Part shown: positions 19,861-29,582 of the stretch, in pieces
How positions within the stretch are numbered: position 1 is the stretch's first letter
Layout of the letters: every line of letters begins with the position of its first letter
Origin: an uncultured Dehalococcoidales bacterium
GTDB taxonomy: Bacteria; Chloroflexota; Dehalococcoidia; GIF9; UBA5629
Assembly: GCA_964554375.1 (NCBI GenBank)
Contig: CAZKOL010000002.1
Coordinates: forward strand, 14,476-78,475
Direction of reading: 5' to 3'
Length of the DNA: 64,000 nt
Program-made: the position numbers and the translations under genes
The notes under the pieces: generated by a model
Seen by the model: only the letters and a program-made list of their open reading frames with translations
What the model was told of the DNA's origin: nothing
Database searches by the model: none

Positions 19861-21078
19861 TCAGGTCGGCGCTGACGTAGCTTCTTCCTCGGCCGGTTCT
19901 CCGCCGTAAATAATAACACCTAAAGCCGAAATAACTACCGTAGTTATAATGATTGTCATAATTATATCCGGGTAAACGGCAGCATTTATTATACCCGCGG
20001 CAACCACCAGCTGTATCAGCACTGCCGCAGACTCTCCTCTGGCTAACATCGTAGTCAATATACCCCTGTTTGAGAATAATGTACGGTTGCCTATCGAAGT
20101 AAGAAGCACTGCAAAATATCGTACCAGCAGTAATACCAGTGATATAACAACGCCCAGCACTACTAACATCGGATCTCCAAAGGTGATTATTAAGCCGAGA
20201 TATATAAAAAAGAAGGTTTTTATGAAGAAATATATCTGAGCAGTAAATCTCCTCATTATTTCAGTAGCTTCAGCGGTGCGTTTTAGTTTAAGCAGTTTAC
20301 TTACTCCAACGCCATTCCCCAGAATCAAACCGAAAACCAGGGCAAATATAACGCCGCTGCCGTTAATTTGTTCAACGGCATAATATAGAAGTAGCACAAC
20401 AGCCAGGGTCAAAATATCGTTATACTCTTCTTTTTGCAGCAATGTCAGTATCCAGAGCCAGAATAATCCTGCGATGACTCCCACTGATAGCCCAAGAAGA
20501 AATTGTGTAACTATATCTACGCCAACGGTCGATAGCGAAATACCTGCTTCCCCGGCAACAACGGATTCCAATAGTACCAACGCAATCACGATTATAACGG
20601 GGCTGTTTAATACAGACTCCAAGATTAAAAGCGACGAAGCCTGTTCAGGCACTCTGGCACGGCATATAAGCGGCATTACTATGGCGGAGCTTGTACCCCC
20701 CACGATAGTTCCAAGCAAAATGCTGTTCATCAATTTCCAGTCAAATAAATAATAGGCCAGGGCTGCCACGGCAGCTATGCTGAATGCCACGCCAAATAAC
20801 ACGAGGATTAATGTTCGAGGCGCACTTGACAGAACCCTGGTAAATTCAAATTCTATGCCAGCGTTAAATATAATGACAACTAAAGCTAAGCTGGCAATTA
20901 GCTGGGAAAAAGGCGCTATCTGAGCCGGGTCAACCCATTTGAGGACAGGCCCTATCAGGAAACCCAGTGCCAGGAGAATCAGTATGTCAGGAAATCTCGT
21001 TTTCTTACAAAGGAAATCCGCCAGGAAACCGATGACAAGTAGAATCCCGATCAACCCGAATACATCTACAACAGACAT
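19861..21078 (-). CDS. Cation:proton antiporter (CPA1/NhaP-like), paralogue of the neighbour
   Basis: RFPDIL, GTSSAIV.P, LILES, KTFFFIYLG, ARG. Confidence 0.88.
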   Translation of the reverse strand: MSVVDVFGLIGILLVIGFLADFLCKKTRFPDILILLALGFLIGPVLKWVDPAQIAPFSQLIASLALVVIIFNAGIEFEFTRVLSSAPRTLILVLFGVAFSIAAVAALAYYLFDWKLMNSILLGTIVGGTSSAIVMPLICRARVPEQASSLLILESVLNSPVIIVIALVLLESVVAGEAGISLSTVGVDIVTQFLLGLSVGVIAGLFWLWILTLLQKEEYNDILTLAVVLLLYYAVEQINGSGVIFALVFGLILGNGVGVSKLLKLKRTAEATEIMRRFTAQIYFFIKTFFFIYLGLIITFGDPMLVVLGVVISLVLLLVRYFAVLLTSIGNRTLFSNRGILTTMLARGESAAVLIQLVVAAGIINAAVYPDIIMTIIITTVVISALGVIIYGGEPAEEEATSAPT

Positions 21079-21081
21079 ATA

Positions 21082-21678
21082 CTAATCACCTTGATCCGAA
21101 AGTCCTGTTCTCAATGTGCTGAGAATGGCTTTGAACTTATCCTTGGGATCGAAGCTGTAATTGCTTAAGGTCCAGACATTTGATAAACCCTGAACCACGC
21201 TGAATATCAAAAAGGCGGTCGCATCTACATCGATATCTCTGCGTAACTTCCCCCTACTGACCTCTTCCTTTAATATGGTTTTTAATTTCTCGATATATCT
21301 TTTTATCGTATCATAAATACGCCCGTTTAACTTGTTATCACCAAGACTGATTATTTCCGCTATAACTTGGAATGATATACCGCGCCGCATCTCGATAGAC
21401 GAGAGATGACGTAATAGGATGGTTTCAAGCACATCGCCATCTCCGTCACCCTCGACGTCCATGTCCAAGATCAGGCTGCTCTCAATATTTTCCACGAGTA
21501 AATACAGGATGTCTTTTTTGCTTTTGAAATGCCGGTAAATCGCCGCCTCGCTAAATCCCACTTCCTCGGCAATCCTCCTGACCGTCACGTTTTCGCTGCC
21601 GATTTTAATGACCAGCTTCCGGGCCGCATTAACTATTTGCTCTTTACGAGGCAACTTGCTTTTGGAGCTTCTAACCAT
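21082..21678 (-). CDS. TetR family transcriptional regulator
   Basis: VTVRRIAEEVGFSEAAIYRHF; clear paralogue of 16147-16737 (RRGI.FQV, WTLS.YSF). Confidence 0.88.
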   Translation of the reverse strand: MVRSSKSKLPRKEQIVNAARKLVIKIGSENVTVRRIAEEVGFSEAAIYRHFKSKKDILYLLVENIESSLILDMDVEGDGDGDVLETILLRHLSSIEMRRGISFQVIAEIISLGDNKLNGRIYDTIKRYIEKLKTILKEEVSRGKLRRDIDVDATAFLIFSVVQGLSNVWTLSNYSFDPKDKFKAILSTLRTGLSDQGD

Positions 21679-21921
21679 ATCTTTTCACTGCTACCAGAAA
21701 ATTTCAGACTTTAGATGCTAATAATTGTGGATATTATATACTTTTTAATAATCAGGTAAACAATCAAGTAACTGCTTCCTATGACCTTCCGTGATCCCAC
21801 TCCCACCCAAGACTTGATAACCAGGAGAAAGCCGGTTCTGTCGGGGCAGCAGTTTCGCACATCCTTATGAGCCGATGGAATTGACCGTTATAAACTTGAA
21901 GATTAGAATGCAGACAAGGAG

Positions 21922-22143
21922 GTGGGTCGTATGAAGAAGAATGAAGGAACAGCGGACCGGGTCATCAGGATAATAGTGGGCATACTTCTTATCGGGTTGA
22001 GTGTATATTTTCAGAGCTCCTGGGGTATGTGGGCGATGATAGTGCTGGTCGTCCTTGGATTGATCGCGCTTATAACAGGTATAACAGGGTTTTGTGGCCT
22101 ATATGCGCTCTGCAAGATAGATACCCTTAAGAAGGGTGAATAG
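21922..22143 (+). CDS. DUF2892 (YgaP-like) small membrane protein
   Basis: NEG..DR.IR, two TMs, TGFCGLY motif; AAGGAG RBS. Confidence 0.82.
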   Translation: MGRMKKNEGTADRVIRIIVGILLIGLSVYFQSSWGMWAMIVLVVLGLIALITGITGFCGLYALCKIDTLKKGE

Positions 22144-22281
22144 GTGGAAACTGGCCGGGTACAGCTCCTGGCTCAGGTATATCGGAAGAGAAGCATATTT
22201 GCGAATGCGCCAGCCTGAACCGGCGATGAATATCAGCAGGCAGGCACAGATGATCAGCAGCAACTCAATAGCTTGCTGATT

Positions 22282-22605
22282 TTAAACGCAGCCCGTGGGC
22301 TTGGGTAGTCCTGCTACCTTGCATGCGCCTTTGGCCAGGCCGCTGGGGAAAAGCTTGTAAATGGTCTTGAGATCGAAACCGGTCTGCTTGATGACCGTCC
22401 TGATGGGCGGTGCAATCTCGAACTCAAGGAAGTACTTGCGCAGGTAATCTATCACCTTCCAGTGGTCCTCACTCATAGGATAGGCTTCCTCCGTCTTGGC
22501 AATATCTTCGGCCACGGCCTTGTCCCATTTCTCTGGCTCCTGTATGAAGCCATCTTCGTCTATATCGAGTTCCTTTCCGCCAAGTATAACTTTAGGCATG
22601 CTCAA
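22282..22605 (-). CDS. dsrC: Sulfur carrier DsrC
   Basis: DEDGF, EDHWKVI.YLR, LFPSG, C-terminal ACKVAGLPKPTGCV with both conserved Cys. Confidence 0.95.
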   Translation of the reverse strand: MSMPKVILGGKELDIDEDGFIQEPEKWDKAVAEDIAKTEEAYPMSEDHWKVIDYLRKYFLEFEIAPPIRTVIKQTGFDLKTIYKLFPSGLAKGACKVAGLPKPTGCV

Positions 22606-22664
22606 TTCTCCTGCTGTTTATTTGTCTTTCGAATATTTATCGGGATATTCGTCGAACCTTTCCT

Positions 22665-24146
22665 TTATCCTCTGGTTATAACTGTCATTTTCTTTTCTGC
22701 AGCTTGCCTGGTGGCGGCCAGCCTCACGAAATTACTTGCCCAGGAAGGCACTCCACGAGCATGCAGGTGCATGTACGAGGCGAGGACATTCTTATATATA
22801 AAGCCGTCATTCCTGCCGTCGATCCCGTTGCCTCTGGTTACGCAATAGGCGAAGCGCGTCCTGCCCACGTTCAATAGCCTGGAATGGTGAAACTCGTGGC
22901 CCTTGAGCAGTGTGCCTGGGGGGAAGAAAGGGTTTCGCCCCGTGACCTTGGCTGATACATAGCCGTGCCCCTGCGGCTTTTTCTCGATTGCCGCGTCGGC
23001 CGGTATTACACCGCACATACTGTGGCGCCTTCCCCCGCTGCTTACGGAACGGCAAAGGTACATCAATCCCGCACATTCGGCGTAGACCGGCAACCCGGAT
23101 TCCACACCTGCGCTGATGTCCCGGCGCAGGCTGGCGTTGGCCTCAAGCTCGGCGGCGTACAGTTCGGGGAAGCCGCCGCCGATATACAGGGCATCAATTG
23201 CCGGCAGGTGGTTATCCTTCAGGGAATCGATATATATAAGCTGCGCTCCGTTTTGTTGCAGAGCATCGAGGTTCTCTGGGTAGTAGAAGCTGAAAGCCTT
23301 ATCTGCCAGGACGCCGATTCTAACCGGCGTGACTGTGGATTGCTTCATCGATAGGCTGCTCGTGACATCGCCAGCAAAGCTAGTCAATCTCACTGAATCA
23401 TGAGCGTTATCATCATGCTGGGCAGCGCAGCTGTCTTTGATAACACCGGTCAGGGCTTGCCCGCTGCGGGCGATATTCAGTATACGGTCGATATCAGCAT
23501 ACTGTCTGAGGACGCTTCCGATCCGGTCGATGATGGTTGCGGCCTCGGCTTGCTCCTGCAGCGGGACGATGCCGAGATGCTGTTCCCGTATTACGAGACG
23601 ATCATCCCTGGGTATTGCGCCCAGCACGGGTATACTGCAATGCTGCTCAACTGCCCTTACCACGGTCCGCTCGTGCCTGGAGTTGCCAACGTGGTTCAAT
23701 ATCACGCCAGCGACAGGCGTAGCCGGCTCAAAATCAACATAACCGCGAACCATGGCAGCGGCGCTACGTGTCATGCGGGAGCAATTGATGACCAGTATGA
23801 TGGGCGCCTGCAGTTCGCGCGCCAACCATGCCGAGCTGCCCTCGCCATTCTCAGAGGCGCTGTCGTAGAGGCCCATGGAGGCCTCGATGAGCGCCAGGTC
23901 TACCCCTTCGCAATCCTCATGGAAACCCTTTATCAGCGTAGCATGGTTGAACATGAAAAGGTCGAGGTTGCTGCAGGGGACGCCGGCGGCCGCTGTAAGC
24001 CAGGACGGATCAATATAGTCGGGCCCTTTCTTGAAAGGCTTGACCTTCATACCTCTCTCCCTCAGGGCGGCGCACAGACCTATGGCCACGGCAGTCTTGC
24101 CCGAGCGCCCCTGGGGGGCGGCGATCATCAATCGCGCTGTCTGCAT
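22665..24146 (-). CDS. dsrN: Siroheme amidase DsrN (cobyrinate a,c-diamide synthase family)
   Basis: GRSGKT, KKGPDYID, FSFYY, GGGFPE, AECAG, GHEFH; lies within the dsr operon. Confidence 0.85.
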   Translation of the reverse strand: MQTARLMIAAPQGRSGKTAVAIGLCAALRERGMKVKPFKKGPDYIDPSWLTAAAGVPCSNLDLFMFNHATLIKGFHEDCEGVDLALIEASMGLYDSASENGEGSSAWLARELQAPIILVINCSRMTRSAAAMVRGYVDFEPATPVAGVILNHVGNSRHERTVVRAVEQHCSIPVLGAIPRDDRLVIREQHLGIVPLQEQAEAATIIDRIGSVLRQYADIDRILNIARSGQALTGVIKDSCAAQHDDNAHDSVRLTSFAGDVTSSLSMKQSTVTPVRIGVLADKAFSFYYPENLDALQQNGAQLIYIDSLKDNHLPAIDALYIGGGFPELYAAELEANASLRRDISAGVESGLPVYAECAGLMYLCRSVSSGGRRHSMCGVIPADAAIEKKPQGHGYVSAKVTGRNPFFPPGTLLKGHEFHHSRLLNVGRTRFAYCVTRGNGIDGRNDGFIYKNVLASYMHLHARGVPSWASNFVRLAATRQAAEKKMTVITRG

Positions 24147-24159
24147 GTAATGTTTCCTG

Positions 24160-24360
24160 CTACTTCTTGAGCTGTATATAGGATGTCCCCAGATAGATGT
24201 ACTCTATCTTGTTTTCCTTGGCCAGCTCGGCGATAGCCTTGTCCACCAGCGGCTTGTCTACTTCGATCGCGCGTGCCACATCGCGGTTTTTAGCTTTGCT
24301 GACCGTGCCCAGGTATTTCAAAACTCTCTCTTTGAGTTCCTCGCTAACTCCATCAGTCAT
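24160..24360 (-). CDS. dsrD: DsrD-like small winged-helix protein (66 aa)
   Basis: Directly after dsrB with AGGAG RBS; MTDGVSEELKERVLKYL...LAKENKIEYIYLGTSY resembles the DsrD wHTH. Confidence 0.7.
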   Translation of the reverse strand: MTDGVSEELKERVLKYLGTVSKAKNRDVARAIEVDKPLVDKAIAELAKENKIEYIYLGTSYIQLKK

Positions 24361-24373
24361 CTTGTCACTCCTT

Positions 24374-25438
24374 TTACCACCTGAACTGTGTAGTGGTACG
24401 GAAGGTATCCACGCCGTGTGTGAAATCATCGATATGGTATTCGGTAAAGGGTATGCCTGTCAGCTTAAAGAAAGTCTCCCAGCCGACGCGGTCTATCCAC
24501 TCGCCCATTCTCTCGTCGGGGAGCGCATGACTGGCATAGACCTCGACGATGTTTTTAATGGCGCTCACAACCTCAGGCCAGCGGGGCGGGTTATTGGGAA
24601 TGTATGGGATGGCCAGGCGGGAGAACATGGGTGCGCTGCGGGCATTGGAGACCTTGCCACCCACGTAAATTGCCAGGCCGTCGCCCTCGCTATCGGCAAG
24701 CGGCATAGCCGGACAGACCGTGAAGCAGTTGCCGCAGTACATGCATTTCTCCTCGTTGACCACAAGTCCCTTTACGTTTGCGTCAGGGCTCTTGCGTATG
24801 GCGCCGGTAGGGCAGGAAGCCAGAGTGGTGGGTATCTCGCAAACAGCGGTAACCTTGCTGTTGTCGACCTTTGGTGGCTTAGTGTGTATGCCCACGATGG
24901 CGATGTCGGAGCAGTGCACCGCGCCGCACATGTTGATACAGCAGGCCAGTGCTACCCTCAGCTTGGCCGGCAGCTTCATGCTGGTGAAGTAAGGGTATAA
25001 CTCATCCATAATGGCCTTGACGACTCCGGAGGCATCGGTGGCCGCGCTGTGGCAATGCACCCAGCCCTGCGTATGTATGATATTGGATATGGACTTGCCC
25101 GTACCTCCCACCGGCAGGCCGATTTTTTGAACGGCTGCGATAATGGGTTCAACGTTCTCCTTTTTAGGCGTCATGAATTCGATATTGTAACGGCTGGTGA
25201 AGCGCAGCTTGCCGTCGCAGTATTTATCGGCGATATCGCAGATATCGCGTATGAAATCGATGCTGACCAGCCTGCAAGAGCCCGCCCTTACGGTCCAGAC
25301 TTCATCGCCGCTCTCCGATACATGTCTGAGCACGCCGGGCTTTATTATATCGTGGTACTTCCACTTTCCATAATTTTTCTCGATAACCGCTGGAATCATT
25401 TTCTTATAGCTTGGGGGACCGATATCGCTTTTTCCCAT
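24374..25438 (-). CDS. dsrB: Dissimilatory sulfite reductase beta subunit
   Basis: [46 protein letters not shown]. Confidence 0.97.
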   Translation of the reverse strand: MGKSDIGPPSYKKMIPAVIEKNYGKWKYHDIIKPGVLRHVSESGDEVWTVRAGSCRLVSIDFIRDICDIADKYCDGKLRFTSRYNIEFMTPKKENVEPIIAAVQKIGLPVGGTGKSISNIIHTQGWVHCHSAATDASGVVKAIMDELYPYFTSMKLPAKLRVALACCINMCGAVHCSDIAIVGIHTKPPKVDNSKVTAVCEIPTTLASCPTGAIRKSPDANVKGLVVNEEKCMYCGNCFTVCPAMPLADSEGDGLAIYVGGKVSNARSAPMFSRLAIPYIPNNPPRWPEVVSAIKNIVEVYASHALPDERMGEWIDRVGWETFFKLTGIPFTEYHIDDFTHGVDTFRTTTQFRW

Positions 25439-25459
25439 TCTATCTCTCCTTCAATATAA

Positions 25460-26629
25460 TTAATCGAAGAATACGTATGGATTCGCCCTGGGCTTATAGA
25501 CCATTTGGGGAACAGGTTTGAGATCAACGGCGCGCAGGAAGGTTTTGAATCCCATCCTCTCGATCAACTCGGCGACGCGCTCGCGCGTTCGTCCATTCTC
25601 ATCCCACCAATCCCAGATCTTGCGCAGCAGCTCCTTGGCCTCATCGTAGGGCGGCTCCATTTTCATGAAGGGAACCAGCACCCATGAGAGGTAAGCGCCC
25701 TTGATAATGGGGGCCTTGCCGCCTATAAGTATGGTGGCGCCTCTTTCCAACCCGGGCCTCAGTGCTTTGGGCATCTTGTTGATGCAGTGCATGCAGCGCA
25801 CGCAGTCGGCTGCCCGCAGGCTAAGCTCCTGCTGCTTCTCATCCCAGGCCAGCGCTTTGGTCGGGCATTTGTCAGTGACGATGCCCCTGATATCAAAACC
25901 GTTCTTAACGTATTTGCGGACTTCGTCCTGGTCGATGCGCAGCGTATCGCGCCATGTGCCGATGATAGTAAAATCGGCGCGGGCAATGGCGGCCACGCCG
26001 TCGTTGGGGCATCCCGAGATCTTGATCTTGAATTTATAAGGCCAACGGGGGCGGTGTATCTCGTCCTGGAACTCCTGGGTGAGGTTGCTGCAAATATCCA
26101 GCGTATCGATACAGGAGTACTCGCAGCGGGCGGGGCCAACACAGCAACTGATGGTGCGCAGCGCTGAACCTGAGCCGCCCAGATCGAAGCCTGCCTCGGT
26201 CAACTCGTCGAAGCAGGGCTGCAGGTTCTGTGTGTTAGTGCCGAGGAGTATGATGTCTCCCGTAGAGCCGTGGAAGTTGGTCAGGCCGCTGCCGTATTTC
26301 TCCCAGATATCGCATATATTGCGCAAAGCCTCGGTTGTATAAAACCACCCGGCCGGCTGGTTGATACGCATGGTGTGGAACATCTCGACAGCGGGGAATT
26401 TGTCGGGAACATCCACGTACCTGCCGATAACGCCCGCGCCGTAGCCGGTCACACCTACGATGCCCCCGTGCTTCCAATGAGTGATCTTGTCCTTGAAGGA
26501 GAGCTCCTGCACGCCCAGCAGATCTTTGGCTGCAGTGTTCTTCCTGGCAGCCCGCTTGATCTCTTTCACATAGCTGGGCCAGGGCCCGATTTCAAGGTCG
26601 TTGATTAAGGGTGTATCTCTGTCTGCCAT
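25460..26629 (-). CDS. dsrA: Dissimilatory sulfite reductase alpha subunit
   Basis: [47 protein letters not shown]. Confidence 0.97.
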   Translation of the reverse strand: MADRDTPLINDLEIGPWPSYVKEIKRAARKNTAAKDLLGVQELSFKDKITHWKHGGIVGVTGYGAGVIGRYVDVPDKFPAVEMFHTMRINQPAGWFYTTEALRNICDIWEKYGSGLTNFHGSTGDIILLGTNTQNLQPCFDELTEAGFDLGGSGSALRTISCCVGPARCEYSCIDTLDICSNLTQEFQDEIHRPRWPYKFKIKISGCPNDGVAAIARADFTIIGTWRDTLRIDQDEVRKYVKNGFDIRGIVTDKCPTKALAWDEKQQELSLRAADCVRCMHCINKMPKALRPGLERGATILIGGKAPIIKGAYLSWVLVPFMKMEPPYDEAKELLRKIWDWWDENGRTRERVAELIERMGFKTFLRAVDLKPVPQMVYKPRANPYVFFD

Positions 26630-26732
26630 GTACTGCGCCTCCTGGTTATTTAATCAGATCAAGGTTGATACTAAATAATACTACTTACAGGTATAATCGG
26701 GCCTGATCCTTTTCCCGCCCGTTAATAGTTAG

Positions 26733-26757
26733 ATTATACATTATTTGTATAATTTGT
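26733..26757. promoter_or_regulatory. Palindromic element ATTATACA-N5-TGTATAAT(TTGT), copy 1
   Basis: In the dsrA/GRE divergent intergenic region; 24/25 identical to 45812-45836. Confidence 0.7.
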
Positions 26758-26815
26758 AAACTGATATAATTAGGCTGGATATTTCATTTTGGAAGGTCCG
26801 AGATTATAATTTGAA

Positions 26816-29518
26816 GTGGCAATTAAGATGATAGAGGTTAATCGTTCTTTGGCTGAAACTGGTTCTGCCATGACAGTATCGAATAGTTCGTTGGAAGCAT
26901 TGCCGCGGTTGCAGAAGTTGCGCGAGGATATTCTCATCTCACCCTATCACGTCTGTACGCAGAAAGCTTCACTGCTTACCGCTTATTTTAGCAGAAATAC
27001 AAACAAAGACCGGTGGGATAAGCTGTTGTCGTCAATCCAATATCGCTTTTACCGTAAGGGCCTGGAAAAGTCGGCTAAATCCATACCTCAAAAGAGGTGG
27101 CAGGCAGCCCTCAATAACAAGCTAAATTCAATGCTGTTAAAGAGGCGCAATGTTTCCACAAGTGATTCTGTCCTCCAGTATGCCGGGGCATTCAAATACA
27201 TACTTGAAAATATGAAATTGAAGGTATATGACGGTGAGCTGATAGCGGGCAATCCGTCTGCCTGGCGGGTAGGCGCCCCCATCCATCCCGACCTGGGCGG
27301 CCTGCTCATGCTGCCGGAGATAAGGGGTATATCCAGGCGCAGGCAAAATCCCATGGCCATTGAGCCGGCTCAACTTAAAGAACTGGAGCAGGAGATTTTC
27401 CCATTCTGGTTTAATCGTTCAGTGCTGGCGCTGACACCTCTTTTGAGCAACGACCCCGACCTCTTTAATTCGATGCTGGAGGGCAGGTACTTTATACTGA
27501 CGCAGTTCTCAGGAATTTCGCATGTTACACCGGATCATCCGGCCGTGCTCAGGCTGGGCTTCAACGGTATAGCGCAGGAGATACGGGACAAATTGGAGGA
27601 AGCAAAGACGGAGTTAGAAGTATACGTTGCGGACGGGTCTGAAGACCCGTCCCTACACGTAGGGGCGGACCTTAAGGTCCGCCCGGATGCAGATCGGGTG
27701 AATAACCCGTCTGCACAAATCACTGAAAAAATCGCCTTCTACGAGGCGGCTCTGGTCTGCGCTGAGGCTGCCGCCGATTACGGTAAGCGATGGAGCAAAT
27801 TCCTTGAGCAGGAGGCTATTAGATCCAGTGATGAAGTGCGAAAACAGGAGTTGATGCGGCTGTCGGAGGTATTTAACCGCGTGCCTGCGGAGCCGGCGGA
27901 GACTTTTTATGAGGCCTTGCAGTGCGTTTTTATCACGCACGTCATGCTGCACTACGAGAACTTTCAGCACGGCATCTCCTTCGGGCGCATGGACCAGTAC
28001 CTTTATCCTTACTATAAACGCGATATCGAATCCGGCAGGTTGACCCGCGGGCAGGCTGCCGAACTGATGGGCTGTTTTATTGCCAAAGCGGGCGAACTGC
28101 TGCCTCTTTTCTTTGACCGCGCCACCGAGTATTTCAGCGGCCTGTCTTCGGCCTCGGGCATAACGCTGGGGGGACGTGTAGCCGATGGCAGCGACGGCGT
28201 GAACGGACTATCTTATCTATTCCTGCAGGCTTATGACCAGGTGAGGCTCAGGCAGCCAAACTTTCATGTCAGGGTTAATAAAGATACTCCGGTCGAATTC
28301 ATGGATCTCTGTTGCGAGGTGCTCAAGAAGGGCGGCGGACTGCCGGCCTTCTTCAATGACGATGAGATACCATCAGCTCTGGAAAAATCAGGCATTGACA
28401 GGCAGGATGCTGAGGACTATTCCATAGTTGGTTGCGTGGAATGGGGAGTACCGGGGAAAAGCTTCCCTGCAGCCGGTGCGATTTTCCTGAATATGCCCAT
28501 GGCTTTGCACCTGGCCTTACATAATGGAGAATATAGCGGCGTGCAATTCGGGCCGCGCACGGGTGAAATAAACCAGCTCAATAACATGGAAACCATTGCA
28601 TCTGCTTTCAGAGTACAGCTTGAGAATATGATAATGCGTGCCACCTTTGGGAACAATGCAATCGAGCAAACCCACGCCGCTCATCGCCCCACGCCATTCC
28701 TGTCCAGCGTAGTGGATGGCTGTTTGGATAAGGGCATGGAGGTCAATGCCGGTGGCGCAAAGTACAATTCCACGGGCTGCCAGTGCATAGGCCTGGCCGA
28801 TACAGTGGATGCCCTGACAGCCATCGAACAAATCGTATTTAAAGAAGGCAGGCTATCTTTGGCGGAACTGGTCAGTGCTGTGGATGCTAATTTTACAGGT
28901 TATGCTGAGTTACAGGCGATTATTTTGAATCGAATACCTAAATATGGCGAGAATGAGGAAAGGCCCAACTATTACGCCCGCATGGTATCCGCTATTTACA
29001 CCGGGCTGGTAACACGATGCGACAACCCGCGCGGAGGTAAATACTACCCCGGGTTCTGGTCCATGACCACGCACCAGGGCTTCGGTGCGCGCACAGGCGC
29101 CCTGCCGGGCGGCCGCCTCTCCGGACTTCCTCTGGCCAATGGCATCTCGCCCTGCAATGGACGTGACAGGAACGGCCCGACGGCTTCGATGTCTTCGGCA
29201 GCCTGTATAGATAATAACCTGGTCGCCAACGGCTATGCGCTCAACGAGAAGCTTGACCTGGGAATGATCAAAGACCCTTCGCGCAATCGCCTGGTGGAAG
29301 CGTTGATTCTCGGTTTCTTCGCCAGCGGTGGAATGCAGGTGCAGTTCAACGTCGTTGATCCTGCCATTCTCATCGATGCAAAGGAGCACCCAGGCCAGTA
29401 TGTGGGGCTGGTTGTGCGTGTTTCCGGGTACTCGGCGTATTTCAATGACCTGACAGAATCGATGAAGGCCGAGCTGATACAGCGCACAGCGCACGATCTC
29501 AATTCGTGCTCGTGTTAG
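26816..29518 (+). CDS. Glycyl radical enzyme (PFL2/eliminase type), substrate unknown
   Basis: SFGRMDQYLYPYY, GCVE active-site loop, C-terminal LVVRVSGYSAYF glycyl radical motif; start uncertain. Confidence 0.92.
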   Translation: MAIKMIEVNRSLAETGSAMTVSNSSLEALPRLQKLREDILISPYHVCTQKASLLTAYFSRNTNKDRWDKLLSSIQYRFYRKGLEKSAKSIPQKRWQAALNNKLNSMLLKRRNVSTSDSVLQYAGAFKYILENMKLKVYDGELIAGNPSAWRVGAPIHPDLGGLLMLPEIRGISRRRQNPMAIEPAQLKELEQEIFPFWFNRSVLALTPLLSNDPDLFNSMLEGRYFILTQFSGISHVTPDHPAVLRLGFNGIAQEIRDKLEEAKTELEVYVADGSEDPSLHVGADLKVRPDADRVNNPSAQITEKIAFYEAALVCAEAAADYGKRWSKFLEQEAIRSSDEVRKQELMRLSEVFNRVPAEPAETFYEALQCVFITHVMLHYENFQHGISFGRMDQYLYPYYKRDIESGRLTRGQAAELMGCFIAKAGELLPLFFDRATEYFSGLSSASGITLGGRVADGSDGVNGLSYLFLQAYDQVRLRQPNFHVRVNKDTPVEFMDLCCEVLKKGGGLPAFFNDDEIPSALEKSGIDRQDAEDYSIVGCVEWGVPGKSFPAAGAIFLNMPMALHLALHNGEYSGVQFGPRTGEINQLNNMETIASAFRVQLENMIMRATFGNNAIEQTHAAHRPTPFLSSVVDGCLDKGMEVNAGGAKYNSTGCQCIGLADTVDALTAIEQIVFKEGRLSLAELVSAVDANFTGYAELQAIILNRIPKYGENEERPNYYARMVSAIYTGLVTRCDNPRGGKYYPGFWSMTTHQGFGARTGALPGGRLSGLPLANGISPCNGRDRNGPTASMSSAACIDNNLVANGYALNEKLDLGMIKDPSRNRLVEALILGFFASGGMQVQFNVVDPAILIDAKEHPGQYVGLVVRVSGYSAYFNDLTESMKAELIQRTAHDLNSCSC
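27626..27716. repeat. Cluster of three GTAG-type REP-like palindromes inside the GRE coding frame
   Basis: Minus-strand GTAGGGACGGGTCTTCAGACCCGTCC, plus-strand GTAGGGGCGGACCTTAAGGTCCGCCC, and a degenerate third hairpin GCAGATCGGGTGAATAACCCGTCTGC. Confidence 0.7.
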
Positions 29519-29582
29519 GGCGCCATACATGGCGCAGCAGCCATAGACTATTAGCATATTCGCCGATAATTGCAGAACACAC

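Noticed and set aside
22253-22280. Possible terminator between DUF2892 and dsrC
   Set aside because: Short 7-bp stem with a long loop; too weak to call
24374-26629. Oxidative (reverse) Dsr
   Set aside because: dsrD-like and dsrT present; dsrEFH and dsrL absent
26816-29518. Pyruvate formate-lyase (pflB) or a definite isethionate lyase (islA)
   Set aside because: Single-Cys GCVE loop excludes PFL; IslA-specific residues could not be confirmed
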